Positions 48,893 to 59,108 of a stretch of 64,000 nucleotides of DNA are shown one piece after another. Under the pieces are notes generated by a model that did no database searches, was not told the origin of the DNA, and saw only the letters and a program-made list of their open reading frames with translations. The number at the start of each line of letters is the position of its first letter. Position 1 is the first letter of the stretch. The stretch is taken from contig JBBQXJ010000011.1 of the NCBI GenBank assembly GCA_038209745.1, forward strand, positions 1 through 64,000, read 5' to 3'. The position numbers and the translations under genes are program-made. This stretch comes from Verrucomicrobiota bacterium (lineage in GTDB: Bacteria; Verrucomicrobiota; Verrucomicrobiia; Limisphaerales; CANJSG01).

Positions 48893-49924
48893 ATGCTCTC
48901 CCAAGATTCCATCCTGAACGCCCTGAAGACGGTCAAATACCCCGGCTTTTCACGCGACATCGTTTCCTTCGGCATCGTGAAACAGGCGCAGGTCGATGCC
49001 GGCGCCGTGACGATCCTCATCCAGTTGACCAGCGGCAGCCCGCAGGTCGCGCAGCAGCTCAAGGCCGATTGCACGAAAGCTCTCACCGCTGTGACCGGCG
49101 TGGAGAAGATCGCCGTCGAAGTGCTGATGCCGACGGCCGGCGCTCCGGCGCCGACGGCGACGAACAAGATGGCGGGCATTGGCCGGGTGGTCGCGGTGGC
49201 TTCCGGCAAAGGCGGCGTCGGCAAATCCACCGTTTCGGTCAATCTCGCCTGCGCGTTGGCCCATTTGGGACTGCGCGTCGGCCTGCTCGACTGCGACATC
49301 TACGGCCCCAGCATTCCCCTGATGATGGGCGTCAATGCGAAGCCCAACGTCAACGAGGAGGAGAAGCTCGTGCCGCTGGAGAGCCACGGAGTCCGCCTCA
49401 TGAGCATGGGCTTCCTGGTGGATCCCGATCAGGCGGTGATCTGGCGCGGACCGATGATCCAAAAGACGATCCAACAGTTCATCACCCAGGTGGCCTGGGG
49501 TGAACTGGACATCTTGCTGGTTGACCTGCCGCCCGGCACGGGCGATGCGCAATTGTCGCTCTGCCAGACTGTTCCGCTCGATGGCGGCGTGGTCGTGACC
49601 ACCCCCCAGGAGGCTTCGCTGGGTGTCGTGCGCAAGGGCATCCAGATGTTCAACAAGGTGAACGTGCCGCTGTTAGGAATCGTGGAAAACATGAGCTACT
49701 TCACCGCGCCCGATGGAACGCGGGTCGAGATCTTCGGCCATGGCGGAGGCAAGGCGGAGGCGGAGCGACAGAAGACTTTGTTCTTGGGAGAAGTTCCCAT
49801 TTTCACGGCAATCCGGGAAGGCGGCGACAACGGGCTTCCCGTCGTGGTCGTGGGTCCGGAAACGCCGGCGGCGCGACCGTTTTTCGGCGTGGCGGAGGCA
49901 CTGCGCGCGCGACTGTCCATTTGA
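48893..49924 (+). CDS. mrp: Mrp/ApbC Fe-S carrier ATPase
   Basis: SGKGGVGKST, DIYGPS, DLPPGTGD, ENMS. Confidence 0.92.
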   Translation: MLSQDSILNALKTVKYPGFSRDIVSFGIVKQAQVDAGAVTILIQLTSGSPQVAQQLKADCTKALTAVTGVEKIAVEVLMPTAGAPAPTATNKMAGIGRVVAVASGKGGVGKSTVSVNLACALAHLGLRVGLLDCDIYGPSIPLMMGVNAKPNVNEEEKLVPLESHGVRLMSMGFLVDPDQAVIWRGPMIQKTIQQFITQVAWGELDILLVDLPPGTGDAQLSLCQTVPLDGGVVVTTPQEASLGVVRKGIQMFNKVNVPLLGIVENMSYFTAPDGTRVEIFGHGGGKAEAERQKTLFLGEVPIFTAIREGGDNGLPVVVVGPETPAARPFFGVAEALRARLSI

Positions 49925-50058
49925 GTAATTCTGGACAGTGCAAGATGCCACACACAGGTCGGGAGACCTGAATCGGGGGGCGACCAGAGCAAATTCCGCA
50001 TTGCACTGAGGGTGGGCGCCACTACCTTTTGCGGATCTAAGAAAGTTCCACGCCTCCC

Positions 50059-50295
50059 ATGTCGAATACCAATCAAGACAGGGTATCAGGGAATGATTTG
50101 GTCAAACGCTCCTCGCTCTACCGTGAATATCAGGCCGAGCGGGAGGAGATCCTGAAACACAAATGGATCGAGTCCGAAAAAACCGGCCAAGACATTGGCT
50201 TTGAGCGGGCGCTGACCGACTGGATCATCCATCACCGCGCCCAATGGCGCCGCACCCGCCTGCAGCAGCTGCAACAGGAGGGAGGCCGGGCTTGA
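50059..50295 (+). CDS. Small conserved protein (DUF4032-like)
   Basis: EREEILKHKWIESEK.G.DIGFE.AL.DW. Confidence 0.7.
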   Translation: MSNTNQDRVSGNDLVKRSSLYREYQAEREEILKHKWIESEKTGQDIGFERALTDWIIHHRAQWRRTRLQQLQQEGGRA

Positions 50296-50353
50296 TTGCC
50301 CGAGACCTTCGCGGGCCGGCCGTCCCTTCGGCGCCTCCCTCGATTCGCTCTCC

Positions 50354-50773
50354 GTGAAGCTGTCCGTCAAAAGCGACTACGCTTGCCGTGCCGTCCTGTG
50401 GCTTTCCCGCCATTACAGCGGCGGCGGTGCCCGACGGGTTGAGGAAATGGCGACCGAGCACGGCATCTCCCCGAACTATTTGGTCCAGATCCTCATCGAG
50501 ATGAAGTCCGGGCAGATCGTGAAGAGCGTCCGCGGCAAGGATGGGGGCTACCTTCTGGCCCGCCCACCCGCCAAGATTTCCATGGGCGACGTCCTCCGCT
50601 GCATGCACGGGGAGATCTTCGAGTCCCCCGCCATCAAAGACGCCCAGTGCCCGTCCGAACTCCGGGAAGCCTGGAAGAAGCTCCAAGCGGCAGTGACCGA
50701 CGCCGCCAACGGAATCACCTTCCAGCAGTTGCTGGAGGACGGCGCGGAAAAGAACCGGATGTTCTACATCTGA
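50354..50773 (+). CDS. Rrf2-family regulator (CymR-like)
   Basis: MKLSVKSDYA, S.RG..GGY.LA. Confidence 0.85.
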   Translation: MKLSVKSDYACRAVLWLSRHYSGGGARRVEEMATEHGISPNYLVQILIEMKSGQIVKSVRGKDGGYLLARPPAKISMGDVLRCMHGEIFESPAIKDAQCPSELREAWKKLQAAVTDAANGITFQQLLEDGAEKNRMFYI

Positions 50774-50795
50774 CGTCCACGTCGGACCTCATCCG

Positions 50796-51320
50796 GTGAA
50801 TCGCTCCAGCAGCCCGTCGCCACTCGAAATGCCTCCACCACGAGGGAGCCGGGCCGCTAGCGAACGCGGTTGGCGGTCATGGATCAGCCATTGGGGACCG
50901 GTCGCGGTGATGATGGTGGTGATCTTCTCCGCTTCGACCGATCTCGGCCGCATGGAGAACTCCTCACGCCTCATCGGCCCCGTTGTCCGCTTCTTCGTCC
51001 CCGATATCGGCGACGCGTCGTTTGCTGCCGTGGTGTTCGCTGTCCGGAAATGTGGGCACCTAACCGAGTATGCCATTCTGGCCGGCCTTCTCTGGCGGGC
51101 CATTCGTAAGGCGATCCGACACGATTCGCGGCCATGGCAATGGCGAACCGCCGCGCTGGCGGTATCGGTGGCCGCGATCTACGCCGTGACCGACGAGGTG
51201 CACCAGAGCTTCAATCCCCACCGCATGGGCCAATGGCAGGACGTCGTCCTCGACACTTGCGGGGCCAGCGCCGGCGTGGCCGCCATCTGGTTCGTGAGGA
51301 AGCGCCGGAAGCCTCGCTGA
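50796..51320 (+). CDS. VanZ-family membrane protein
   Basis: RKCGH..EY..L, DE.HQ.F...R, DV..D..G; start uncertain. Confidence 0.8.
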   Translation: MNRSSSPSPLEMPPPRGSRAASERGWRSWISHWGPVAVMMVVIFSASTDLGRMENSSRLIGPVVRFFVPDIGDASFAAVVFAVRKCGHLTEYAILAGLLWRAIRKAIRHDSRPWQWRTAALAVSVAAIYAVTDEVHQSFNPHRMGQWQDVVLDTCGASAGVAAIWFVRKRRKPR

Positions 51321-51377
51321 ACAAAGTCTTTTCCCGGCACGCTGTTTGGTGTTCTTTTCCGGCGGAATTTCCCCCGA

Positions 51378-53813
51378 ATGATTCGCCCGCTGACGCTCGT
51401 GGCCGCATGCTACGCCGTCGGCATCTTCGCCGGCCGGATTCTGGAGCTGCCGCCCGCGCTGTTTCTCGCGGCCGCCACCGGATTCTTCGCGTTGGCTGTG
51501 ATGTCCGACCGGTGGCGATCGCCGTGGGTCTTCATGGTCTTCGCCATGCTCGGCGCCGCGCACGAGGGTATCGCGGCCCAACCACTGGCTTCGTCGGATC
51601 TCCGCCATGTGCTCCGCTCCGAGCCCCAGATCGCCACTGTCCGGGGGCGTCTGCTCGGTCCACCCGTGCTCAAACTCCTGGCCGTCGAAGGCGACCTGAA
51701 GGAACGATCCACCGGCCGCATCGCCGTTACGGCCATTCGGACCAAAGCCGATTGGCGGCCGGCCTCCGGAGTATTGGTCGCAACCGTGGCGGGCAATCTG
51801 GAAGGAATTTTCCACGGCGGCCAACGGGTGGAGATAACTGGCGTCGTGGAACCGCCTCCGGGACCCAAGGCCCCTGGCCTCTTCGACTACCGCACTTTTC
51901 TCGGGAACCAAGGGATCCACTTTCTCCTGCGCTTCGACGATGTCCGCGAGTGGACGCTGGCGCCGGACAACACGGTGGTCGGGCCAGGCTTTTCCGAGCG
52001 GTTCATCGCGTGGGCAAGAACGACACTGGCCAGGGGCCTTCCCGCCGACAAGGCCACCTCGCTGCTGTGGGCCATGACGCTGGGCTGGAAAGCCGCGCTG
52101 ACCGACGAGGTGGCGGAGCCCTTCATGCGGTCGGGCACACTCCATATCTTCGCCATCAGCGGCCTCCACATCGCGCTCATCGCCGGCATCCTGGTGAAGC
52201 TCGCGGTCCTCATGCGGGTGCCGCGTCGTTGGTGTTTCGTTCCGGTGATGGCCCTGATGTGGTTCTACATCGGGGCGACGGGCTGGCAGTCGTCCGCCGT
52301 GCGTTCCGGAGTGATGATGAGCGTGATCCTGCTGGGCTGGGCGTTGAATCGTCCGCCGGACCTGTTGAATTCGCTGTTTGTCGCCGCGTTCTGCATCCTC
52401 GCTTGGGAACCGCTGCAGCTGTTCCAGGCCTCGTTCCAGTTGTCGTTCTCGGTGGTGCTGGCCATCGCGCTGATCGGTTCGACCCTCGAAGCGCGTTTTC
52501 GCCACTGGTTCGAGCCGGACGCGTTCCTCGCCCGGGATCTCCGGTCTCGCTGGAAGCGCACCGGTGACGCGGCCCTCCGCTGGTTCGCAAAGGGCTTGGC
52601 GGTTTCGTTCGCCGCGTGGATCGGGTCGCTGCCGTTGACGGCCTACTATTTCCATCTCCTGACGCCGGGGAGCCTATTGGCGAATCTCGTGATCGTCCCC
52701 GTATCCGGCGTCGCCCTCGCGGGCGGAGTCGCCAGCCTGGTCTGCGGTTCCTGGATCCCGGCCGTGTCGGAAGTGTTCAACCACGCCGCGTGGGCCTGCA
52801 TGCAGATGATGATCCTGAGCAGTAGCAGGGTCGCGGATCTTCCGGGCGCGGCCTGGTTCGTGCCGTCTCCCACCCTCTTGGAAATGGTGTTGTTCGCCAG
52901 CGCCGTTGTCGCCCTTGGATTTGGACGGTTCAAGGCAGGCTGGCTGCGACAGCTCGGAGTCGCGTCGGTGACGCTGTTGATGCTCAGTCTTTCGGTCAGA
53001 ATCTGGAACGACAGCCGCCAGATTCATCTCACGATTCTTCCACTCAACGGCGGCCACTCCGTTCACGCGGATGCGAACGGGCGTGCCTGGGACCTTCTCG
53101 TGGACACCGGTGACGCCACCACTGCGGACATTATTCTGCGACCGTTCCTCCGCGCCCGAGGCGTCAACCACTTGTCCCGGCTCGTATTGACCCACGGGGA
53201 TGTGCGCCACGTCGGCGGCGCGCCTCGTATTGTCGCAGCGTTCAGCATCGGCGAAGTGGACCTTGGCCTGCCGAGTTTCCGCTCGCCGGTTTATCGCCGG
53301 GTGGTTTCAGAGATCGAGGCGCCTTCGTGCCGGGTCGCCCGGATGGGTCCGGGTGACAACATCGCGGGTTGGGCCGTCCTCCATCCGTCTTCCAACGACC
53401 AAATCAAGCTGGCGGACGATGGCGCGATGGTCCTGCAGGGAACGCTTCATGGAGTCCGCTGGTTGCTGTTGTCGGACCTCGGCCGCGAGGGGCAGGAAGA
53501 ATTGGTGCGCGGCCACGGCGCGAACTTGCGCTCGGACATCGTCGTTACCGGGTTGCCGACGCGAGGCGAGCCGCTGAGCGACGCCCTCATCGATCTCATC
53601 GAGCCGCAACTGATCGTCGTTGCCGATTCGGAACATCCGGCGGCCGAGCGGGCGCGGCCAGAATTGGTCGATCGCTTGGCCCGGCGAACCTGTCCGGTGC
53701 TCTTCACCAGAACCGAAGGCGCTATCTCCGCCGACATGGAGGCGGATGGATCCTGTGAACTGCGAACGATGACCGGAACATTGTTTCATCTAAACGCCCG
53801 TCCCCCGCCTTGA
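51378..53813 (+). CDS. comEC: ComEC/Rec2 DNA-uptake competence protein
   Basis: OB-like domain, HIFAISGLH, FQLSF, C-terminal degenerate MBL domain. Confidence 0.9.
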   Translation: MIRPLTLVAACYAVGIFAGRILELPPALFLAAATGFFALAVMSDRWRSPWVFMVFAMLGAAHEGIAAQPLASSDLRHVLRSEPQIATVRGRLLGPPVLKLLAVEGDLKERSTGRIAVTAIRTKADWRPASGVLVATVAGNLEGIFHGGQRVEITGVVEPPPGPKAPGLFDYRTFLGNQGIHFLLRFDDVREWTLAPDNTVVGPGFSERFIAWARTTLARGLPADKATSLLWAMTLGWKAALTDEVAEPFMRSGTLHIFAISGLHIALIAGILVKLAVLMRVPRRWCFVPVMALMWFYIGATGWQSSAVRSGVMMSVILLGWALNRPPDLLNSLFVAAFCILAWEPLQLFQASFQLSFSVVLAIALIGSTLEARFRHWFEPDAFLARDLRSRWKRTGDAALRWFAKGLAVSFAAWIGSLPLTAYYFHLLTPGSLLANLVIVPVSGVALAGGVASLVCGSWIPAVSEVFNHAAWACMQMMILSSSRVADLPGAAWFVPSPTLLEMVLFASAVVALGFGRFKAGWLRQLGVASVTLLMLSLSVRIWNDSRQIHLTILPLNGGHSVHADANGRAWDLLVDTGDATTADIILRPFLRARGVNHLSRLVLTHGDVRHVGGAPRIVAAFSIGEVDLGLPSFRSPVYRRVVSEIEAPSCRVARMGPGDNIAGWAVLHPSSNDQIKLADDGAMVLQGTLHGVRWLLLSDLGREGQEELVRGHGANLRSDIVVTGLPTRGEPLSDALIDLIEPQLIVVADSEHPAAERARPELVDRLARRTCPVLFTRTEGAISADMEADGSCELRTMTGTLFHLNARPPP

Positions 53814-53880
53814 GGACGCATCCAAAATGGCCCGGCCATTCCACTTGCCCCTCGGCGTTGCCCTCCGCAAATTGGACCCA

Positions 53881-54348
53881 ATGGAACTGGTAATCACATT
53901 GCTGCTGGCTGGTTTCATTCTGCTTGTCCTTGAAACTTTCCTGCCCGGCATCGTCGCCGGCGCCGCCGGCGTCGTCTGCATCCTGATCGCGAACGCCATG
54001 GCCTACTCCAAGGTCGGCGTCGAAGCGGGTAACTGGACCCTCGCCTTGTCGGCGGCTATGCTCGTGGGAGTCTCGGTGGCCTACGTGAAGTTTCTTCCGC
54101 AGAGCCCGTTCGCGCGCCTGTTCATCTCCAATCGCGTTTCCGCTGATCCGAAACCCGCCGAGACCGGTCTTCTCGGCCGAGTCGGAGTGGCTGAGACAGT
54201 TCTCCGGCCCTCCGGCGTCGTGATCATCGACGGTCGCCGCATCGATGTTTCCAGCGACGGCCCGTTGATCGAGAAGGGTGAAACCGTCAAGGTCATCCTC
54301 GTCGAGGACATGCGGGTCGTCGTTTCCCGCGAATCCAGCAACTCTTGA
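53881..54348 (+). CDS. NfeD-family protein
   Basis: E.F.PG, TM helices, G.A.T.LRPSG OB domain. Confidence 0.85.
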   Translation: MELVITLLLAGFILLVLETFLPGIVAGAAGVVCILIANAMAYSKVGVEAGNWTLALSAAMLVGVSVAYVKFLPQSPFARLFISNRVSADPKPAETGLLGRVGVAETVLRPSGVVIIDGRRIDVSSDGPLIEKGETVKVILVEDMRVVVSRESSNS

Positions 54349-54361
54349 GCTCAATTTTATC

Positions 54362-55402
54362 ATGAACCAGATCCCGCCTCTTTTCGCCGTCGTCGACATC
54401 GCCACAATCATCTACATCATCGTCGGCGTCTTCGCCTTCGGCATCGTGGTCTGGGGATTGAGCTTCTTCGCCATCTGGCTCCGGGCCGTCGCCTCCGGCG
54501 CGCCCGTGGGCCCGTTCGAGTTGGTCGCTTTGCGCCTCCGCAGCGTGCCGGTCGGAATCGTCGTCGACACCCGCATCACGGCCGTCAAGGCCGGCATCCC
54601 GCTCACGATCGACGACCTCTCCACCCACTACCTCTCCGGCGGCAACATCGAGATGGTCGTCCTTGCCCTCATCGCCGCCCGTAAGGCGGGCATCCACCTC
54701 GATTTCGACCGGGCCTGCGCCATCGATCTCGCCACCAAGGGCACCGGAAAGACCGTTCTGGAAGCGGTGAAGACCTCGGTAAACCCCAAGGTTATCGATT
54801 GCCCCGCGCCCTCCTCCGGCAAGACCACCATCGATGGCGTGGCCAAGGACGGCATCATCGTCAAGGCCCGCGCCCGCGTCACCGTCCGGACGAATCTCGA
54901 CCGGTTCGTCGGCGGCGCCACCGAAGAGACGATCATCGCCCGGGTCGGCGAGGGCATCGTCACCACCATCGGTTCGGCGGAGAGCTATAAGATCGTCCTT
55001 GAGAACCCCGACCGCATCTCCAAGAACGTTCTGGGCAAGGCGCTCGATTCCAACACCGCGTTCGAGATCCTCTCCATCGACATCGCCGATGTGGACGTCG
55101 GTGAGAACGTTGGCGCCAAGCTCCAGGCAGAACAAGCCGAGGCCAACAAACTCATCGCCCAGGCCCATGCAGAAGTCCGACGCGCTGCGGCCGTGGCCAC
55201 CGAACAGGAGAACATCGCCCGCGTGGCCGAGATGCGCGCCCGGGTGATCGAGGCCGAGGCACAGGTGCCCCTCGCCATGGCCGAAGCCTTCCGCAGCGGC
55301 AACCTTGGTATCATGGACTACTACAAGATGCAGAACATCCAGGCCGACACCAGCATGCGACAAAACATCGCTGGCGGTAAACAAGGCACCGAGAATTCCT
55401 GA
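54362..55402 (+). CDS. floA: Flotillin-like protein FloA (YqfA)
   Basis: [40 protein letters not shown]. Confidence 0.92.
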   Translation: MNQIPPLFAVVDIATIIYIIVGVFAFGIVVWGLSFFAIWLRAVASGAPVGPFELVALRLRSVPVGIVVDTRITAVKAGIPLTIDDLSTHYLSGGNIEMVVLALIAARKAGIHLDFDRACAIDLATKGTGKTVLEAVKTSVNPKVIDCPAPSSGKTTIDGVAKDGIIVKARARVTVRTNLDRFVGGATEETIIARVGEGIVTTIGSAESYKIVLENPDRISKNVLGKALDSNTAFEILSIDIADVDVGENVGAKLQAEQAEANKLIAQAHAEVRRAAAVATEQENIARVAEMRARVIEAEAQVPLAMAEAFRSGNLGIMDYYKMQNIQADTSMRQNIAGGKQGTENS

Positions 55403-55417
55403 TCTGGGCCCGGCTCC

Positions 55418-56122
55418 ATGAATCCGATGACCGCCGAAATTCAAAACATCACGAACCAAGGTTTTGGCCTCTTGGCCGCAGGCTACGGGTTTGTGGTTTT
55501 TGTGCTGATCTTCGTGGCCATCTCCGTCCTGTCGGACTGGGTCAAGAAGAAGCAGCGGAAGGAGTCCGAGAACAGTTTCGATCCCAACGGCTTCAACGCC
55601 GGCAAACCGCAAAACACCCCATCCAACAGGGAGGCCCGGCCTCTGAGTGTTTGGGAAGAGGAGATCCGGAAGATGCTTCGTGGCGAGCAATCGCCGCCGC
55701 CGGTTCCGCCGCCGAGGTTGCCCGTCGCCTCCCAACGCGATCCGTTCACCTATGGCAACGAAGGCGACACGGAGGATACCGTGCCCACGTACCTCACATC
55801 GATGGAACGGCCGGACACGGCTTTCGATCGAGGTTCCCATATCGAGGAGCGCGTGCGTTCAAGGATGGTTGACGCCGGGAACCACTCCGATTCCAACGCC
55901 GCGTTCGCGAGGGCCGACCGGATCGACACCTCGGTGGCCGCCCGCATGGCCGCCGCCGGGATGATCCACAGGTCGACCTCGATGAGTCCCACCGCCGGGC
56001 CGAAACCGTCGTCCAGAAATGATCTCCAGGCTTTGGTGGAGGCGCTCAGGGCCCCCGTCCATGCCAAGGGAGCGATAGTCGCCTCGATCATCCTTGGGCC
56101 GCCGAAAGCGCTCGAGCGCTGA
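55418..56122 (+). CDS. Hypothetical membrane protein (YqfB-like position)
   Basis: N-terminal TM; C-terminal AIVASIILGPPKAL; follows floA. Confidence 0.65.
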   Translation: MNPMTAEIQNITNQGFGLLAAGYGFVVFVLIFVAISVLSDWVKKKQRKESENSFDPNGFNAGKPQNTPSNREARPLSVWEEEIRKMLRGEQSPPPVPPPRLPVASQRDPFTYGNEGDTEDTVPTYLTSMERPDTAFDRGSHIEERVRSRMVDAGNHSDSNAAFARADRIDTSVAARMAAAGMIHRSTSMSPTAGPKPSSRNDLQALVEALRAPVHAKGAIVASIILGPPKALER

Positions 56123-56219
56123 GGCTGGTTCCACCTTCCTGGTTGCACGAAGGCATTCTGCTTTCCGTTAGATGCCGCTTCCCCTTTCAACTTCAGACCG
56201 CATAGATTGATCGGACCTT

Positions 56220-56599
56220 GAGAGGGCGGAGGATCGCTCCGGCGCAAGCCGGGGAGGAAAGTCCGAACACCATAGGGCGCGATGCCGCGTAACCGACCGC
56301 TTCGGCGGCAGGATACACGCGGGAGAGCCGCTGGGAACGGCGGTTCGACGGACAGTGCCACAGAGAACATACCGCCTGGGGCGCAAGCCTCCGGTAAGGG
56401 TGAAAAGGTGGGGTAAGAGCCCACCGCGCCGAGCGCAAGCGGAGCGGCACGGAAAACCCCATCGGGTGCAAGGCCAAATAGGGGACCTCGGAGCGGCCCG
56501 CTCCATGGCGAAAGCCGGGTCCCGGGTATCGGCCGCTTAGACAAATGATCCTCTCCGCCGGGCAACTGGCGAAGACAGAAATCGGCTTACAGCCCTCTC
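56220..56599 (+). ncRNA. rnpB: RNase P RNA (class A)
   Basis: GAGGAAAGTCC near 5' end, CAGTGCCACAGA, GGTAAGAGCCCACCG, ACAGAAATCGGCTTA near 3' end, terminal P1 helix GAGAGGGC/GCCCTCTC. Confidence 0.95.
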
Positions 56600-56701
56600 A
56601 AGGTTTCGCCGAACCCGGACCCTTCCCGCCGTTCCGCCTCCCAATTAAAGAAAAGGCTCGCCTCGCCTCCAATCATTTGAACATTTGCCCGAAACCCTAT
56701 T

Positions 56702-57289
56702 ATGCAATCTTGGATCGCCCGCTACATCGACGCGCAGAAAGCCGCATTGGATTCCGTGGACCAAGCCGCCGTCGCGCGTCTGATCGACAAGCTCCGTGAA
56801 ACCATCCTCGCCGACCGCCAGATCTTCGTCCTCGGCAACGGCGGTTCCGCGTCCAACAGCTCCCATTTCGCCACCGATCTCGGCAAGAGCGCATCGAACG
56901 GCGTTTTCCCCGTCACCGGCAAACGGTTCCGCGTTCTCTCTCTCTGCGACAACGTCAGCTGGATCACGGCCCTCGGAAACGACTTCTCCTACGAGGACGT
57001 GTTCCTCGGCCAGCTCATGAACTACGCCCGCGCCGGCGACATGGTCCTCGCCCTCAGCGTCAGCGGCAGCTCGCCCAATCTCGTGAAAGCCTGCGAATGG
57101 GCCAAGAAGACCGGCCTATTCACCGCTGCTCTCGTCGGTGGAAAACGCGGCAAGTTGGCCGAAATCTGCGACGAAGCCCTCGTGGTCAAGGACACCCATT
57201 ACGGCCGCGCCGAAGACGCCCAGATGACCATCGCCCACATGCTCTGCTACGCCTTCATCGAGCATCCCGAGTGGGTCCGCCACGAGTAA
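56702..57289 (+). CDS. SIS-domain sugar-phosphate isomerase (GmhA-like)
   Basis: GNGGSA...HFA.D, TA.GND, S.SG.SPN. Confidence 0.85.
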   Translation: MQSWIARYIDAQKAALDSVDQAAVARLIDKLRETILADRQIFVLGNGGSASNSSHFATDLGKSASNGVFPVTGKRFRVLSLCDNVSWITALGNDFSYEDVFLGQLMNYARAGDMVLALSVSGSSPNLVKACEWAKKTGLFTAALVGGKRGKLAEICDEALVVKDTHYGRAEDAQMTIAHMLCYAFIEHPEWVRHE

Positions 57290-57300
57290 TCGGCCAAATC

Positions 57301-57435
57301 GGCGGGGACGTGTTGCCGCGCAGCCCAAGCATACGGCGGAACCGAGCGCAGCAACGTTTCCGGCCCGTGCTGCTTTCTGGAGTGGTGCCGTTTCTTTCGA
57401 CCTTTGGCCTTCGCGCTTCGGGATTGCTTTCGGGT
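57301..57435. repeat. Degenerate REP-like pair and TTCG-heptamer-like remnant
   Basis: GGGACGTGTTGCCGCGC / GCGCAGCAACGTTTCC inverted pair; CTTTCGACCTTTGGCCTTCGCGCTTCGG periodic stretch. Confidence 0.4.
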
Positions 57436-57611
57436 ACCCATTTCTACACGCGATTAGAACGTTTTTCCTCTTCCCGCACTTCGGAACCACGCCCAACATT
57501 TCGGCCCTAACGATGTCGTCGAGGCACAGGACAGGTCCCGGAAGAACCGGCGCATTTGCGCGTCGGCGTTCCCCGATTGTCGCAGCCACCCGCTGACAAC
57601 CCGCTTTCCCC

Positions 57612-58589
57612 ATGAGAATCCTCCTCACCACCACTTCCTTCCAGGACACCCCCGGCGCCCACCACGACCTGCTCGCGCAGACCGGCTGGGAGATCGTCCG
57701 CGCCCGCGGCCCGTTGAACGAGGCCGACACGTTGGCGCTCGTCGGCGACGTGGACGGCTACATCTGCGGCGACGACATGATCACCCGCGCCGTTTTCGAG
57801 AAAGCCCGTCCGCGCCTCAAGGTCCTCAGCAAATACGGCATCGGAGTGGACAAGATCGACGTGAAGACCTGCACCGAGTTCGGCATCCCGCTGCTCTTCA
57901 CCCCCGGCGTCAACCACACCACCGTCGCCGAGCACACCTTCCTGCTGCTCCTCGCCCTGGAGAAGCACCTCCTCTTCCACACCGACTCCACCCGGGCCAA
58001 CACCTGGAAGCGCAAGACCGGCCATGAACTGCTGGAGAAGACCATCGGCATCGTCGGCCTCGGCCGCATCGGCAAGGAAGTGGCCATCCGCGCCCGCGCC
58101 TTCGGCATGAACGTCATCGCCTTCGACGTTTATTGGGACGAGAAGTTCGCCGCCGCCCACGACGTGAAACGCGCCGCCTCCATCGACGACGTCTTCGCCG
58201 TGGCCGACTACCTCTCGCTCCACACCAATCTCACGCCCGAGACGCGCGACATGATCAGCGCGAAGAGCTTTCCGAAGATGAAGAAAGGCGTGCTCATCCT
58301 GAACTGCGCTCGCGGCGAGATCGTCCACACGGCCGACATGGTCGAGGCGTTGAAGTCCGGCCAGGTCGGCGGCTACGGCACCGACGTGTTGGACGAGGAA
58401 CCGCCCACGCCCGACCACCCGTTGCTCAAGCTGCCCAACGTCGTCTGCACCCCGCACGTCGGCTCACGCACCTACGAGAGCGTCGTCCGCCAGGCCACGG
58501 CGGCGGTGAAGAACCTGATCCTCGCGATGAACGGCGAGAAGCCGCTGGCGCAGATCAATCCCGAGGTGCCGGTGACGAAAGCCCTCTGA
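57612..58589 (+). CDS. D-isomer-specific 2-hydroxyacid dehydrogenase (PGDH-like)
   Basis: G.G.D.ID, GIVGLGRIG, NCARG, DV...EP, TPHVGS. Confidence 0.9.
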   Translation: MRILLTTTSFQDTPGAHHDLLAQTGWEIVRARGPLNEADTLALVGDVDGYICGDDMITRAVFEKARPRLKVLSKYGIGVDKIDVKTCTEFGIPLLFTPGVNHTTVAEHTFLLLLALEKHLLFHTDSTRANTWKRKTGHELLEKTIGIVGLGRIGKEVAIRARAFGMNVIAFDVYWDEKFAAAHDVKRAASIDDVFAVADYLSLHTNLTPETRDMISAKSFPKMKKGVLILNCARGEIVHTADMVEALKSGQVGGYGTDVLDEEPPTPDHPLLKLPNVVCTPHVGSRTYESVVRQATAAVKNLILAMNGEKPLAQINPEVPVTKAL

Positions 58590-58649
58590 GAAATCACCAC
58601 CGGAACCCGCGTTGACGCGCCAACGCCGAAACATATCCTTCCCAACCAA

Positions 58650-58865
58650 ATGAAAACCTACACCGCCGTCGTCGAACGTTGCCAGGAAACGAACCTCTTC
58701 GTCGGTTACGTTCCCGGCTTTCCGGGCGCCCACTCGCAGGGAGCGACGCTGGACGAATTGGGCGACAACCTGCGCGAGGTCGTTGCCATGCTGTTGGAGG
58801 ATGGCGAGCCCAAGCTGGAGTCGGAGTTCATCGGCACCCAGGCCATCGAGGTTGCGGGGACATGA
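58650..58865 (+). CDS. hicB: Short HicB-family antitoxin
   Basis: YTAVVE...YVPGFPGAHSQGATLDEL..NL.E. Confidence 0.9.
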   Translation: MKTYTAVVERCQETNLFVGYVPGFPGAHSQGATLDELGDNLREVVAMLLEDGEPKLESEFIGTQAIEVAGT

Positions 58866-59086
58866 GCAACATCCCCGTCCTGAAGCCGCGCGAAGTCGCC
58901 CGTATTCTGGAGGCGCTCGGCTTCGTCGAAGTGCGACAGCGCGGTTCCCACAAGCAATATCGCCGCGCGGACGGACGAGGCACCACGGTCCCGTTTCATC
59001 CCGGACGCGACCTTTCACCGGCGCTGCTCCGCCAGATTGCGAAGGACATCGGGACGACGCCTCAGGAATTCATCAGCCATCGGTGA
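58862..59086 (+). CDS. hicA: HicA-family mRNA interferase toxin
   Basis: LE.LGF...RQRGSH, TTVPFH; ATGA overlap with hicB. Confidence 0.9.
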   Translation: MSNIPVLKPREVARILEALGFVEVRQRGSHKQYRRADGRGTTVPFHPGRDLSPALLRQIAKDIGTTPQEFISHR

Positions 59087-59108
59087 CGGTCCCTGAGTGA
59101 ACGAGATG

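Noticed and set aside
55750..56799. ORFs overlapping 56.2-56.6 kb
   Set aside because: Shadow ORFs across the RNase P RNA gene
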